Source: an uncultured Rivularia sp. (lineage in GTDB: Bacteria > Cyanobacteriota > Cyanobacteriia > Cyanobacteriales > Nostocaceae). Taken from it: DNA of 64,000 nt. The first letter of the stretch is position 1. The number at the start of each line of letters is the position of its first letter. The stretch covers positions 4,832,001 through 4,896,000 of the forward strand of contig OY762007.1 of the NCBI GenBank assembly GCA_963665115.1, given 5' to 3'. Positions 1 to 12,031 of the stretch are shown piece after piece. The notes under the pieces are model-generated. The model did not search any database. It was not told the DNA's origin and saw only the letters and a program-made list of their open reading frames with translations. A program made the position numbers and the translations under genes.

Positions 1-1
1 C

Positions 2-172
2 TATCGGGTATTTATGAAGCGCTTCGAGCTATCTGAAGATTTTATGGCACAAATGACAGTTGAGCAACTAAAAACTCAATTAAATCAATTTGGGGTGACT
101 CCTCAACAAATGTTTGACCAAATGAATCTTACTTTAGAACGAATGAAAGCCGACTTAGAAAGAAATCCCTAA
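2..172 (+). CDS. C-terminal part of a conserved cyanobacterial protein (DUF1825-like), truncated by the window edge
   Basis: Manual translation YRVFMKRFELSEDFMAQMTVEQLKTQLNQFGVTPQQMFDQMNLTLERMK..., ending in TAA at 170-172. Confidence 0.7.
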   Translation, partial: YRVFMKRFELSEDFMAQMTVEQLKTQLNQFGVTPQQMFDQMNLTLERMKADLERNP

Positions 173-238
173 TTGAGTTAAGAGCTAAAAGTTTAAACTT
201 CTAACTCCTAACTCCTAACCACCGCATTATACAAAAAG

Positions 239-2161
239 CTATTTTGCTTTGGGACGAGTATATTTTGAAGGCGCTGTAAAACTTTGTGCAGGTACGCCTT
301 TTAGCGCTCTTACCATAAAATCACGCCAAATCGGAGCTACATCGCCACCACCTGTCGCACCCCTAGACAAGGTTTTATTGTCGTCCCTACCAACCCAAAC
401 GGCCGTGGTTAACTGAGGTACGGTACCTACAAACCATACATCTTTTTCTGAAGATGTGGTTCCCGTTTTACCTGCTGTGGGACGACCTAAAGCCGCATTT
501 TTACCCGTACCCCCAGCAACCACGCTTTGAAGAATGTTGATTGTGGAAGCTGCTGCCCAAGAATCTAGTACTAGTTTGGGTTTAGGCGTATTATCCAATA
601 AAACATTACCCGTACTATCGGTAACGCGAGCAATTACCGTTGTTGGTGATTGCCAGCCGTAGTTAGCAAAAGTAGCATAAGCAGAAGCCATTTCCAACGG
701 TGTTACTCCAATCGCACCCAGAGGCAAAGAAGTTACAGGTTCCATTGGACTCATGATACCCAAAGTCCGGCTGGTTTCAACGACCTTATTCATCCCGATA
801 GCTTTACCAACCTTAATAACGGGAATATTTCGAGACAGCTTGAGAGCATGACGAATTGACATTGCACCGCCAAAACTGTTGTCATAGTTACGCGGTTTAT
901 ACCAACCACTACCGTCACGATAGCTGACTGGAGTATCGTAGACGATTGAATTGGGAGTATATTTACCAGTAGCAAATGCAGCGTAATAAACAAAAGGTTT
1001 AAAAGCAGAACCGGGTTGCCTTTGAGCTTGGGTAGCACGGTTGAATTCACTTTTTTTGGAATCTACACCACCAACCAATGCTTTGACGTAATGAGTCCGG
1101 GGATCTACAGCGACTAAAGCAATTTGGTTTTTGTATAAACCTCGCCTCAACAGTCGATAATGCCATTTTTTGACAACATCTTCTGCCATTTTCTGAAAAT
1201 TAATATCTACGGTTGTTTGTACCCGCATACCGCCTTTTAACAATGCATCGCGACCAAACTTTTTAGCTAATTCTCGCGAAACTTCGTTTGTAATATAAGG
1301 TAGAGCGCTACCTCCGAAGGACCTAATTTTACCCAGCTTAATTTCTTTTTTGAGTGCAGTATCGTATTCTTTTTGGTCAATCCATCCCAAAGTCAGCATT
1401 CGTCCCAGAACTACTTTCTGCTGATATTTAGCTTTCTTCATGCTAATAAATGGACTGTATTGCTCTGGTGCTTGGATTAAACCAGCCATCATTGCCGACT
1501 CAGCCAAATCTAATTGGCTCGCTGACTTGTTGAAGTAACTGCGTGCGGCAGTTTGAACGCCATAATTGTTGTGACCCCAATAAACTTGATTGAGGTACAT
1601 TTCTAAAATATCGTCTTTAGAAAGTATTTGTTCGAGACGAATTGCTAATACAGCCTCAGCTAACTTACGAGTATATTCGCGTCGCTGATTAAGAAACAGG
1701 TTCTTCACCAACTGCATGGTGATAGTCGAAGCACCTTGACTAACTCCCCCGGATGTATAGTTGGTCACAATAGCACGACCTACACCTTTGGGGTTAATGC
1801 CGTGGTGAAAATAGAAATCGCTATCTTCGCTCGCTAGTACGGCTCGTTTTAATTCTGGAGATATTTTTTCCTTGACTACAACTTCGCGGTTAGCTTCACC
1901 GTGTAAACTCGTAAGCAGCTTACCTTTTATATCGTAAATGTAAGTTGTTTCAGAAGGAAAGAAGTTGCGTAGTTGTCTGACATCGGGTAAATTACGGAAA
2001 CTAATTGCTAAACCGACTAATCCTCCCGCTACAATAGAGCTTGTCAGCATCGTGGCGGCTAACAGAGTTCCGCCAGCTACCTGACCGATTCCTTTGATAA
2101 ATTCAAAGCCGGACGAAACCGGAGCCTGGGGCTGCTTTTTTTCAAAAGTCCTAGATGACAC
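239..2161 (-). CDS. Class A penicillin-binding protein (transglycosylase/transpeptidase, PBP1A family)
   Basis: EDSDFYFHHG and GASTITMQLVKN glycosyltransferase motifs; SAFK (SxxK), SRN and KTGT transpeptidase motifs; N-terminal TM segment. Confidence 0.95.
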   Translation of the reverse strand: MSSRTFEKKQPQAPVSSGFEFIKGIGQVAGGTLLAATMLTSSIVAGGLVGLAISFRNLPDVRQLRNFFPSETTYIYDIKGKLLTSLHGEANREVVVKEKISPELKRAVLASEDSDFYFHHGINPKGVGRAIVTNYTSGGVSQGASTITMQLVKNLFLNQRREYTRKLAEAVLAIRLEQILSKDDILEMYLNQVYWGHNNYGVQTAARSYFNKSASQLDLAESAMMAGLIQAPEQYSPFISMKKAKYQQKVVLGRMLTLGWIDQKEYDTALKKEIKLGKIRSFGGSALPYITNEVSRELAKKFGRDALLKGGMRVQTTVDINFQKMAEDVVKKWHYRLLRRGLYKNQIALVAVDPRTHYVKALVGGVDSKKSEFNRATQAQRQPGSAFKPFVYYAAFATGKYTPNSIVYDTPVSYRDGSGWYKPRNYDNSFGGAMSIRHALKLSRNIPVIKVGKAIGMNKVVETSRTLGIMSPMEPVTSLPLGAIGVTPLEMASAYATFANYGWQSPTTVIARVTDSTGNVLLDNTPKPKLVLDSWAAASTINILQSVVAGGTGKNAALGRPTAGKTGTTSSEKDVWFVGTVPQLTTAVWVGRDDNKTLSRGATGGGDVAPIWRDFMVRALKGVPAQSFTAPSKYTRPKAK

Positions 2162-2338
2162 GGCTATCTCACTTCCTCACTTGTAAATAATAAGTCTAAT
2201 TAATAAAGGCAGGTCAAAGCGGTTGTTTTTTGTAATTATATTAGTTTGTTGTTTGGAGCCATCTCTATTATTTATAGAGCGATCGCGACTAAGCTTACAA
2301 CCAGAGTTAACACTATAAGTAGTAATTCCTAAATTAGT

Positions 2339-3532
2339 ATGGGGCATACCGAATCTTGGTTACATCGGGGTACTGTAGAAATTTTCCCCCAAGGAGACGA
2401 TTCCGATAAAGAATCCGAAAGTCTCGAAAAGCTTTTGAAAACAGCTAACAGACCTTTAAGAATTAAATTTGGCATCGATCCTACAGGTGCCGATGTTCAC
2501 CTTGGTCATAGTATACCAATGCGGAAACTACGAGCTTTTCAAGATGCGGGTCATACAGCAGTACTGATTATTGGTGATTTTACCGCTAGAATAGGCGATC
2601 CGTCAGGTAAATCGGAAACACGTCGTCAACTTACACAAGAAGAAGTTCTTCAAAACGCGAAAAACTATCTAGAGCAAGTTAAACCGATTTTGGATTTTGA
2701 CACACCAGGTAGGTTAGAAGTCCGTTATAACTCCGAATGGCTTAACAAGTTGAACTTAGGAAAGATTTTGGAGTTACTTTCAACAATGACAGTGCAGCAG
2801 ATGTTAGCAAAGGAAGGCTTTGCCGAACGCTATAAGAAAGAGAATCCTATTTTTATTCATGAGTTCCTATATCCATTGATGCAGGGCTACGATTCAGTCG
2901 CTGTTGATTCAGATGTAGAATTAGGAGCAACTGACCAAAAGTTTAACATTGCTGTCGGGCGAGATTTGCAACGTCACTTCGGTAAAAAGCCTCAATTTGG
3001 GCTGTTGTTACCAATTTTGGTTGGTACCGACGGCGTTCAAAAAATGTCAAAGTCCCTGAATAACTATGTCGCTGTCGGCGAACACCCTTCACAAAAGTAT
3101 CAAAAGCTACAAGCTATCCCCGACGAACTCCTATCTGATTATTTTGAACTATTAACAGATTTAGAAGAAGACAATCTGCCACAAAACCCTCGCGATCGCC
3201 AACAATTATTAGCTAAAGAAGTTGTAACTCAGTATCATGGCGAACAAGCAGCGATAGAAGCAGAAAAAGCTGCTGCATCTGGAGGCAAAGCTGGTGAAGT
3301 CCCAGAATATTCTTTAGCCGAAGTAGAATTCCCTGTAAAACTATTTTATCTTCTCAATGCTAGCGGTTTATGTAAAAGTAGCGGCGAAGGAAGAAGAAAA
3401 ATTCAGGAAGGTGGAGTGCGCTTAGACGGCGAAAAAATAACAGATACCGACGCTACCTTTAATACATTAGAAGAATTACAAGGTAAAGTTTTACAACTTG
3501 GCAAGAAGAAGTTTGTCAAGCTTTTACAGTGA
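2339..3532 (+). CDS. tyrS: Tyrosine--tRNA ligase
   Basis: [11 protein letters not shown] (HIGH) and KMSKS motifs, YPLMQGYD, C-terminal S4 domain. Confidence 0.97.
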   Translation: MGHTESWLHRGTVEIFPQGDDSDKESESLEKLLKTANRPLRIKFGIDPTGADVHLGHSIPMRKLRAFQDAGHTAVLIIGDFTARIGDPSGKSETRRQLTQEEVLQNAKNYLEQVKPILDFDTPGRLEVRYNSEWLNKLNLGKILELLSTMTVQQMLAKEGFAERYKKENPIFIHEFLYPLMQGYDSVAVDSDVELGATDQKFNIAVGRDLQRHFGKKPQFGLLLPILVGTDGVQKMSKSLNNYVAVGEHPSQKYQKLQAIPDELLSDYFELLTDLEEDNLPQNPRDRQQLLAKEVVTQYHGEQAAIEAEKAAASGGKAGEVPEYSLAEVEFPVKLFYLLNASGLCKSSGEGRRKIQEGGVRLDGEKITDTDATFNTLEELQGKVLQLGKKKFVKLLQ

Positions 3533-3542
3533 ACACTGACTA

Positions 3543-3700
3543 AGGTCAAAGGTTAAAGGTTAAAGGTCAAAGGTTGAAGTTCTCCTTATTCCTTCATTGT
3601 CTCTCCTTGTCTACCCCCTCTCCCCCCTCTCCCCATCTCCCCCCTCTACCCCCTCTCCCCCCTCTACCCCCTCTCCCCATCTCCCTCTCCTCCTCACTCC
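3543..3700. repeat. Short tandem repeats: AAAGGT(C/T) heptamers followed by CCCCCTCT(A/C) nonamers
   Basis: Directly visible tandem units between tyrS and pyrF. Confidence 0.85.
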
Positions 3701-3702
3701 CT

Positions 3703-4407
3703 ATGCAAAAAATCATAGTCCCTTTAGACGTAGCAGATGAATCAAGTGCGATCGCGCTAGTTGAAAAGCTCTCCGAAGTTACTTTTTTCAAGGTTGGTTT
3801 GGAGTTGTTTACTAGCTGCGGGCCGAAAATTATTGAAGTACTAAAATCTCGTCAAAAAAAGATTTTTCTCGATTTGAAGTTTCACGATATTCCCAATACT
3901 GTAAAAGGTGCTTGTCGTAGCGCTGCTCGTTACGGTGTAGATATACTGACAATTCATGCTACTGCTGGTAAAGATGCACTCCAAGCTGCTACGGAGGGTT
4001 TATCTGAGGGTGCTGCACAAGCTGGGGTTGAACCGCCGAAGTTAATTGCTATTACTTTGCTGACTAGTATTTCTTCGAGGCAATTAGCATTTGATTTAAA
4101 GGTTCCTTTAGAATTGCCGGAATATGCCCTGCAAATGGCGCTTTTGGCAAAGGAATCGGGGTTAGATGGGGCTGTATGTTCACCTCAAGAAGTTGCGAAT
4201 TTACGAGATGTTTGTGGAGATGATTTTTTATTCGTTTGTCCGGGTATACGTCCAAGCTGGGCAGATAAAGGCGATCAAAAACGAACTTTTACTCCAGCAC
4301 AAGCTTTACAAGCGGGTGCCGATTATTTAGTGATTGGCAGACCGATTACTGCTGCCGATGAACCAGCGTTGGCTTGGAAAAAAATTTGTGAGGAGATTAA
4401 CAGTTAA
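3703..4407 (+). CDS. pyrF: Orotidine-5'-phosphate decarboxylase
   Basis: [12 protein letters not shown] signature, PGIR and VIGRPI. Start placed at ATG 3703 because the upstream extension in the ORF track is repeat-derived. Confidence 0.96.
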   Translation: MQKIIVPLDVADESSAIALVEKLSEVTFFKVGLELFTSCGPKIIEVLKSRQKKIFLDLKFHDIPNTVKGACRSAARYGVDILTIHATAGKDALQAATEGLSEGAAQAGVEPPKLIAITLLTSISSRQLAFDLKVPLELPEYALQMALLAKESGLDGAVCSPQEVANLRDVCGDDFLFVCPGIRPSWADKGDQKRTFTPAQALQAGADYLVIGRPITAADEPALAWKKICEEINS

Positions 4408-4556
4408 CAATTATCAATTATCAATAAAAATAACATTCTCAAATTGTTATGGAAATTAATGAATCCGATTTTTTCAAAAAAGCGGGTTTTTAGCCATCTC
4501 TTTGTTTACGTCGTTTAAATCGAGCATATTATGAAGTTAAGAATGGCGTAATTATT

Positions 4557-5165
4557 ATGGTTAGAAAGAAAAATTATTATTTATTGCTTTTATGTAGCTT
4601 TTGGTTTGCTGTATCTAATACATTTAATTATTCTGCATTAGCCGCAAACTCTGTAATTGAATTTAAAAAAGAAAAATCTTCTTGCTCAAATCAAGACTTA
4701 TCACAATTAACTAATAAATTATTGCGAGATTTACCAGCTTATTTTAATCGTGCGACTCAACGCGCTCGCCGTTTGGATAGGTCTGTACAGGTTTATAGTT
4801 ATATGTTGGTAGCTGGGAAACCCGATTTTCAACCTTTACCCTTGAAAAGCTGGACGGATGGGACAACGGATGAGGTAGCGGATGGGGTAGATAAATCAAC
4901 GGGTGCCAAGAAGGGAGTTGAACAAGTATTTTTTTCAACTTTAGAGCGGCAATATGTAAAGGGTAAAGCGTTACAGTTACAACAATTTCACTGGCTGTTT
5001 TTGACTAAAACCGAAAGTGGTTGGCGAATGTCAATGATGTATTCGCAAACTGGTGGTTATCCCAAACAAAAACCACCAACTCCACCAAGAGAAAGTAGTA
5101 ATAGTGCTGTAGGGCAAGGAATTAAAACTTGGTTGCGCGATTGTCGGGCGGGAAGCCTAAGATAA
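4557..5165 (+). CDS. Conserved exported cyanobacterial hypothetical protein
   Basis: 202-aa ORF with a signal-like N-terminus and LLRDLPAYFNRATQRARR / FFSTLERQY blocks. Confidence 0.75.
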   Translation: MVRKKNYYLLLLCSFWFAVSNTFNYSALAANSVIEFKKEKSSCSNQDLSQLTNKLLRDLPAYFNRATQRARRLDRSVQVYSYMLVAGKPDFQPLPLKSWTDGTTDEVADGVDKSTGAKKGVEQVFFSTLERQYVKGKALQLQQFHWLFLTKTESGWRMSMMYSQTGGYPKQKPPTPPRESSNSAVGQGIKTWLRDCRAGSLR

Positions 5166-5229
5166 TTCTTTGTTCGTAGTAAGCGATTTATCGCTTTCTT
5201 AAGTGCTGTATTCTCAAAGCTAGTAGTTT

Positions 5230-5437
5230 GTAGGTTGGGTTAGGCACACGAATAGAATAGTTTGTAATCAATAATTAATGTTGCGCCGTAATCCAATATC
5301 CGAGATATTATTAGTCCACAAATATTTTTAACTTCCCAAAAAATATCTTTTATCTATAGTCATAATGTTGGGTTACGACACGATAAACAAAATTTTGAAT
5401 TACCAACTAGATTTCTTTCATGTCTAACTCAACCTAC
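5230..5437. repeat. ~200-bp palindromic REP-doublet element (GTAGGTTGGGTTAG...CTAACCCAACCTAC family), copy 1
   Basis: Terminal inverted repeats plus an internal CCGTAATCCAA / TGTTGGGTTACG inverted pair; similar copies occur elsewhere in the window. Confidence 0.85.
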
Positions 5438-5774
5438 AATCTAGATTCCTAAATTGTGTTGAATCCAACCTACGATCTAATTTCTTTAACTTTATAGGTT
5501 GTTAAATCGAACTGCCAAAATTGTGTTGATGAATCGCGAGTCCTACTGAAGTAAAAGAACCTTGAATCCTCGGAAAATATCAGCAATATTTCAGTTAAAT
5601 AAAAATGTAGCAATATATCCATGCTACAAAAACTAGGTTAAACTGGATTATCTTAGTCTGTAATCCCTCCCAAACTTATATTGTGTGGGAGTTGTAAGTT
5701 TCAAAAACAGCTAAGAGTTTAAAAGTTATTTCCTCCCATATGGGAGATTTTTGTTTTCGAGGTAGTTAAAATCA

Positions 5775-7172
5775 ATGAATCCAGTTGATTTAGCGTTTGC
5801 ACCAGCGTTAAAACAGTCAGAATTAATCCGTCGTAAGGAAGTTTCGCCGCTGGAGTTGGTGGAATTATATTTGGAACGCATTCAACAATTTAATTCTAAG
5901 TTAGGAAGTTATTTTACTGTTACGGCAGAGCAGGCAATTGATGATGCTAGAAGCAAAACCGAAATGCTGGCACAAACTGAGGATTTGCCTTTATTTTTCG
6001 GCGTGCCAATTTCAATCAAAGATTTGAACCCAGTTGCTGGCATTCCCTGTAGTTACGGTAATGCAGCATTACTCGGCAATGTTCCGGATTATGATGATGG
6101 TGTAGTTGCAAAAATTAAACAAGCTGGATTTATAATTCTAGGCAAAACGGCAAGTTCGGAATTAGGTTCATTTCCTTACACTGAAGCTACGGGTTTTCCC
6201 CCAACTAGAAATCCTTGGAATTTAGAATATACTTCTGGTGGTTCTAGCGGTGGTGCTGCTTCGGCACTTGCGGCGGGATTGTGTTCAATAGCACAAGGTT
6301 CTGATGGTGGCGGTTCAATTCGCGGCCCTGCGGCTTGTTGTAATTTAGTTGGTATCAAGCCATCTAGGGGAAGAGTTACTCACGCACCGGTTGGCGATCG
6401 CCTGAATGGAATTGCCACAAATGGTCCAATAGCTAGGACTGTAGCTGATGCCGCAGCTTTATTAGATGCTATGTCTGGCTATGTTTCAGGAGACTCGTAC
6501 TGGTTGCCAGAACCTGAAAAAACATTTTTCGCTTCCAGCCAAGAAAAAATAGAAAATCTACGCATCGCCTTTTGTACAAGCATTCCTCCTTTAGGAGAAG
6601 CAGATGCAAACACTCATCAAGGCGTAATCCAAACAGTTAAATTATTAGAAGAATTAGGACATACAGTAGAAGAAAAATGTCCTGATATTAGCGCTTTAGT
6701 AGAACCATTTCAGATAGTTTGGCAAGCCAACGTAGCTGCTTCGGGAGTTCCTGTAGAAGTTTTACAACCTTTAAATCGCTGGCTATTATCCAGAAGTTGT
6801 TCTGCTGGAGAATACTTACGGGCAGTGTACCAGATGCAGATGGTAGCTCGAAAACTGGTTGCGTTTTTCGACAATATAGACGTATTAGTAATGCCAGTTT
6901 ATCTACATTCACCCATCCGCGTTGGTGAATGGGCTGCCTTAAGTCCCGAAGAAACATTTGATAATATAGTCCGCTGGATTGCACCTTGTCCAGCAGCAAA
7001 TGCTACCGGGCAACCTGCAATATCTCTTCCCGTTGGTTTTGATGAAAAAGGTTTACCCATAGCAGTACAGTTAATTGGAAAACCCGCCGCTGAAAACACG
7101 ATTATCAGCTTAGCAGCACAATTAGAAGCAGCAAACCCAATTTACGAAAAACGCCCGAACAATTATCAATGA
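5775..7172 (+). CDS. Amidase signature family protein
   Basis: SGGSSGG and GSDGGGSIRGPA amidase signature; catalytic Lys in IKDL. Confidence 0.93.
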   Translation: MNPVDLAFAPALKQSELIRRKEVSPLELVELYLERIQQFNSKLGSYFTVTAEQAIDDARSKTEMLAQTEDLPLFFGVPISIKDLNPVAGIPCSYGNAALLGNVPDYDDGVVAKIKQAGFIILGKTASSELGSFPYTEATGFPPTRNPWNLEYTSGGSSGGAASALAAGLCSIAQGSDGGGSIRGPAACCNLVGIKPSRGRVTHAPVGDRLNGIATNGPIARTVADAAALLDAMSGYVSGDSYWLPEPEKTFFASSQEKIENLRIAFCTSIPPLGEADANTHQGVIQTVKLLEELGHTVEEKCPDISALVEPFQIVWQANVAASGVPVEVLQPLNRWLLSRSCSAGEYLRAVYQMQMVARKLVAFFDNIDVLVMPVYLHSPIRVGEWAALSPEETFDNIVRWIAPCPAANATGQPAISLPVGFDEKGLPIAVQLIGKPAAENTIISLAAQLEAANPIYEKRPNNYQ

Positions 7173-7239
7173 ACAATGAACAGTTAACAATTAATAATTA
7201 ATTAGTTATTGATAATTGATAATTGATAATTGATGACTG

Positions 7240-8073
7240 TTACGAACCTTTACACCGCTTCCCTCTCGGAGTCGCATCGGGATAAAAGGTAATGATTCCT
7301 TTATTCTTTCTGACAAAAACTGTTGGAAAACTTGTTCCGGTTTCTTTATCTAATTGTTGATATATACAAGCACCTTCGGTGTTTTTCTGCTGTTTATATA
7401 CTTTCGTTACATCTAATAAAAGTTCTTCGGCATTAGATAAATAACCGTAACCTTTAATTTCATCTCTTATAGTGCGATCGCCCTGTTTTATTACTACGCC
7501 CATTGTATAAATTACGCCTGGAATTACTTCTTGTCTTCCTGGGTTTACGGGAAGTCTGCCAGCAATTTTTTGGTTTTGCAGTTGTAAATATCTACCAGAA
7601 AAATGCAATCCGCCGATATCGTTTTCGTTGTGTATTTCACCGCAGAATATATGTTCAAAGCCTTTATTTTTGAACCAAATATCAGTTAGGTCTTCTAAGA
7701 ATTCTAATCTGTTTGTACGACCGGGACGCAGTTGATTATTGGTAGCGATTCTAATCTTTGTTAATACTTCTGGATAAGCTGATAAAAGCTTTTTAAACTG
7801 ATTCGGTTCAACTTTTGTACCTATAGGGCCGCAAGTTTTAAGTACTGCTTTATCAAATGAATTTAGCTGAGGTGCTGGTGGTGTAATGTCTAATTTAGCT
7901 CCCGATGGATAATTGACTCGCACCGGGTTATTTTGATTATCAAAGAAAGGTAAAAGGTCTGTATCTTTCGGCTGAGCGTTAACTGGGTTATCTAGACTAA
8001 TTGAAGAAATTAATACTAAAGTAGTTAATCCGCTAAATATTCTTTTCAGGTTGGATGCAATATTCGGTTTCAT
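7240..8073 (-). CDS. Secreted protein with a bacterial EndoU-like nuclease domain
   Basis: Signal peptide (…PVNA|QP), GFEHIFCGE and GGLHF His motifs, C-terminal ITFYP. Confidence 0.75.
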   Translation of the reverse strand: MKPNIASNLKRIFSGLTTLVLISSISLDNPVNAQPKDTDLLPFFDNQNNPVRVNYPSGAKLDITPPAPQLNSFDKAVLKTCGPIGTKVEPNQFKKLLSAYPEVLTKIRIATNNQLRPGRTNRLEFLEDLTDIWFKNKGFEHIFCGEIHNENDIGGLHFSGRYLQLQNQKIAGRLPVNPGRQEVIPGVIYTMGVVIKQGDRTIRDEIKGYGYLSNAEELLLDVTKVYKQQKNTEGACIYQQLDKETGTSFPTVFVRKNKGIITFYPDATPRGKRCKGS

Positions 8074-8294
8074 CAGAAGACTTTTGCTATTTTATTTTGT
8101 GTGATACAAGTCTTCTATCATAATTCACGGAAATATAACTAATTGGGTTTGTAGTAAGCGATTCATCGCTCAATAAGTGAAGATGAGCCAAATTTCCTTA
8201 TATATACCGTTACGACATTCAAAAAATAGCGAATAAACTGAATAGGTTAATTAATAATTTATTTACTATTTACCTTTAACGCTTTGGCAAAAAT

Positions 8295-8513
8295 ATGTTT
8301 AAAAAGTCTAATTTTATAGTAGTATTTCTGCTGTTTGCGATATTTGTCGGAATTGGCGATAGCTTTTTACCAGAACCGATGAAATCTGCTAGCCTCAATA
8401 CTCGAACAAGCATCAATAAAACTTTAGTTGGTTTATTTCCCACTCGGAAGTCAAAACTTAAACCCCACGAAAGAACTCGTAAAGCCATAGACGAAGCTGA
8501 ACAAGGGAAATAA
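8295..8513 (+). CDS. Small membrane-anchored hypothetical protein
   Basis: 72-aa ORF with a hydrophobic N-terminus, then IGDSFLPEP and a C-terminal ERT..AI segment. Confidence 0.7.
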   Translation: MFKKSNFIVVFLLFAIFVGIGDSFLPEPMKSASLNTRTSINKTLVGLFPTRKSKLKPHERTRKAIDEAEQGK

Positions 8514-8687
8514 ATTGGGCATGGGGAATTGGGCATGGGGCATTGAGGATTGGGAATTGGGCATTGAATTAGGAGTTATTAGGATTAAGGAAAAAAATTA
8601 GCGAGCAAGATGCTCGCACTACGAATTTATTAGAACTATCAATTCTTAACTTCTAACTTCTAACTTCTAACTTCTAACTCCTAACTT
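8513..8687. repeat. STRR tracts (ATTGGG(C/G/A) and TAACTTC) flanking a REP hairpin AGCGAGCAAGATGCTCGCACTAC at 8600-8622
   Basis: Directly visible; the REP is identical to the copy at 30820-30842. Confidence 0.8.
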
Positions 8688-8691
8688 AAAT

Positions 8692-9696
<1,005 letters not shown>

Positions 9697-9825
9697 TTAC
9701 TGAGATAAGCATCCCGATCGATTACAGACTTTTCATATTACCGTAAAGCGGGTACTGATTAATAAGGTAATTCGTAATTCGTTCGATGTATTTTGAATTG
9801 CTGGTTTGAATATAGGTAACAACAG

Positions 9826-9854
9826 AAACCCAGTATCTTGAAGATACCGGGTTT
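9826..9854. repeat. Palindromic repeat AAACCC(G/A)GTATCTTNAAGATACCGGGTTT
   Basis: Near-perfect palindrome; another copy at 54011-54039 and degenerate copies near 13056 and 50486. Confidence 0.75.
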
Positions 9855-9880
9855 TTAAAGCTACGTATTTTTTCATGAGT

Positions 9881-10534
9881 TTATCTTAAAAACCCACCCA
9901 TAACCCATCCAATAGCTAACCCGACTGCGGCAATTCCACTTAAACTCAGCATTGCTGCATCAAAACTATCTAAGGCATTTCTTAACTGTCTTCCAGATTT
10001 ATTAGCGGTAACAATTAAATTACAATACCAAACTAAATGAAAAGCCCATTCGCCTAAACCTATTAGGGCTAATACTATCGTAAAAAATAATATAAAAGCT
10101 GGAACTACAATTCCACGGGTTTTAGATACAAAGATTAATACGAATACGAATAATACAAGATTAAATCCTAAAAAACCCATAAATAATGGGTTGAAAGCTG
10201 GTGTTCTTAAATAACATAAGGCAACTGCTAAAATAACCCGTGAAGCAATTAAAGAAACTACTAATAGCTTGGTACTTTTGAATAAAATATAAACTGTAGC
10301 TGCTAAAGGGAAAATGGCGAAATAAATTGCTATTAATTGTTTTAATCTATCTGGGTTGAAGTCTAAAAAATAGAATGGCTCTACTTGAGATATATTTATC
10401 ATCCAGCCATTAAAAACAGAAATAATTAAAAATGTTGCTAGCCAACCCCAATTCATTACTAAAGGGTTTTGTGCAAATCTACGGTAAGATTCGTTATTAT
10501 TTATTGTGTTAGATACGATTTTGAAAGGTAACAT
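9881..10534 (-). CDS. Hypothetical polytopic membrane protein
   Basis: 217-aa ORF with about 6 hydrophobic segments. Confidence 0.7.
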   Translation of the reverse strand: MLPFKIVSNTINNNESYRRFAQNPLVMNWGWLATFLIISVFNGWMINISQVEPFYFLDFNPDRLKQLIAIYFAIFPLAATVYILFKSTKLLVVSLIASRVILAVALCYLRTPAFNPLFMGFLGFNLVLFVFVLIFVSKTRGIVVPAFILFFTIVLALIGLGEWAFHLVWYCNLIVTANKSGRQLRNALDSFDAAMLSLSGIAAVGLAIGWVMGGFLR

Positions 10535-10849
10535 AGGTAGATTTTTGGTTCTATTTTCCGTAATTTAATTTAGCAGTTAATCAAAGCTAAAAAATGATAT
10601 CTAAAGCACATATCATTGAAAATCATTCAAACGAATTAATTTAAAAAGTTATATGCAATAATTTAATACAATTTTAATTTAGTTTTTACTTTGGAATAAT
10701 TAAACATATTTATACAATACATAGTTTCGCTAAAAAGAAATTCAATAGTAAGGAATATGCTAAATATTAATATTCAGCATAAATGCAATTCTTATTTATA
10801 ACTATTATTTTTAATATTGAAAATTATTGCTTGTTAATTAAAACAATAA

Positions 10850-11722
10850 CTATGATGAAGTTTCTTGATTGATTATTTCTACTTCTGCAACTGACAATTT
10901 AATATTGACGGCTTTTACTGAATCTTCAATGCTGCTAACTTTACTAGCGCCGGGAATCGGTAATATACAAGGCGATTTGGAACGTAACCACGCTAAAACG
11001 ATGCAGTATACTGATACATTTTTCTCTTCGGCTAACTTGGCGATCGCCGCAACATCTTTCAAACCACTATGGCGACGACGACCGCCAAATGGACTCCAAG
11101 GAAGAAAAGTTAAACCCTCGTTTTCGCAATATTCCAGTACTCCATCGGTTTCTGGTTGCCGTTGCCAAGGACTATATTGATTTTGCACTGAAACGATATC
11201 AACCACATCCCGCGCTTGCTTAATTTGTTCTACCGAGAAATTAGAAACTCCAATATTATTAATCATTCCTGCTTCTTGAGCTTCTTTCGCAGGGGTAAGA
11301 GATGCTTCAATGCTGTAATCTGGGTCTGGTGAATGATATTGCCAGATATCTATAGGTTTATTACCGCCAAAAGCTGCAAAACTGACTTTAATAGTTTCGC
11401 GTAGATGCTCTGGATTGCCGTTGCGAGTCCAGCTTTGATTAGGACGCATCAAACCGCCTTTTGTAGCGACAACTACATTACTGGTATCGTCGCTATAAGT
11501 TTGCAAAGCTTTGTGAATCAATCGCTCGTTATGATGCTTGTCCGATTCGTCTTTACAGTATGAGTCGGCAGTGTCGATAAAGGTTATGCCCAGATCCAAG
11601 GCACGATGAATAACCTCGATCGATTGCGATTCGGTAGGGCGATCGTAAACTGACATTGGCATTCCACCCAGACCGATCGCACTTGCAGAAACACTGCTTT
11701 TCCCAAGTTGTATGATTTCCAT
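10850..11722 (-). CDS. Aldo/keto reductase
   Basis: IGLGGM, FIDTADSY, VATKGG, IGVSNF and PIPGAS motifs; start chosen at MEIIQLGK. Confidence 0.93.
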   Translation of the reverse strand: MEIIQLGKSSVSASAIGLGGMPMSVYDRPTESQSIEVIHRALDLGITFIDTADSYCKDESDKHHNERLIHKALQTYSDDTSNVVVATKGGLMRPNQSWTRNGNPEHLRETIKVSFAAFGGNKPIDIWQYHSPDPDYSIEASLTPAKEAQEAGMINNIGVSNFSVEQIKQARDVVDIVSVQNQYSPWQRQPETDGVLEYCENEGLTFLPWSPFGGRRRHSGLKDVAAIAKLAEEKNVSVYCIVLAWLRSKSPCILPIPGASKVSSIEDSVKAVNIKLSVAEVEIINQETSS

Positions 11723-12031
11723 ATTTATTACTAAAATCCCCAGCGCCATTATTGGTTTAACAGCTAAAGCAGGAATTCAGAAACCATCCAAAGGCTATAC
11801 TTTTACATTTTTATAAAAAATATTCCCGCCTTTATTTTTTACCTGGGACAGATGACAAAAAATACACAATATCCTGAACGTTAAAGTGATGAAGGGGGTA
11901 GGACTCACAGCCCTTGTTATATTTAGGAATATTATATTTAAAACTTGTAGCTATAGAATATTTATCAAGTTATCTTAAACCAAGATATTAACAAATTAGC
12001 TCCAAATTACATCAGTATTTACACTTTCATT

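Noticed and set aside
3574..3702. Proline-rich N-terminal extension of PyrF
   Set aside because: It is translated simple repeat from a TTG start; the ATG at 3703 gives a normal PyrF.
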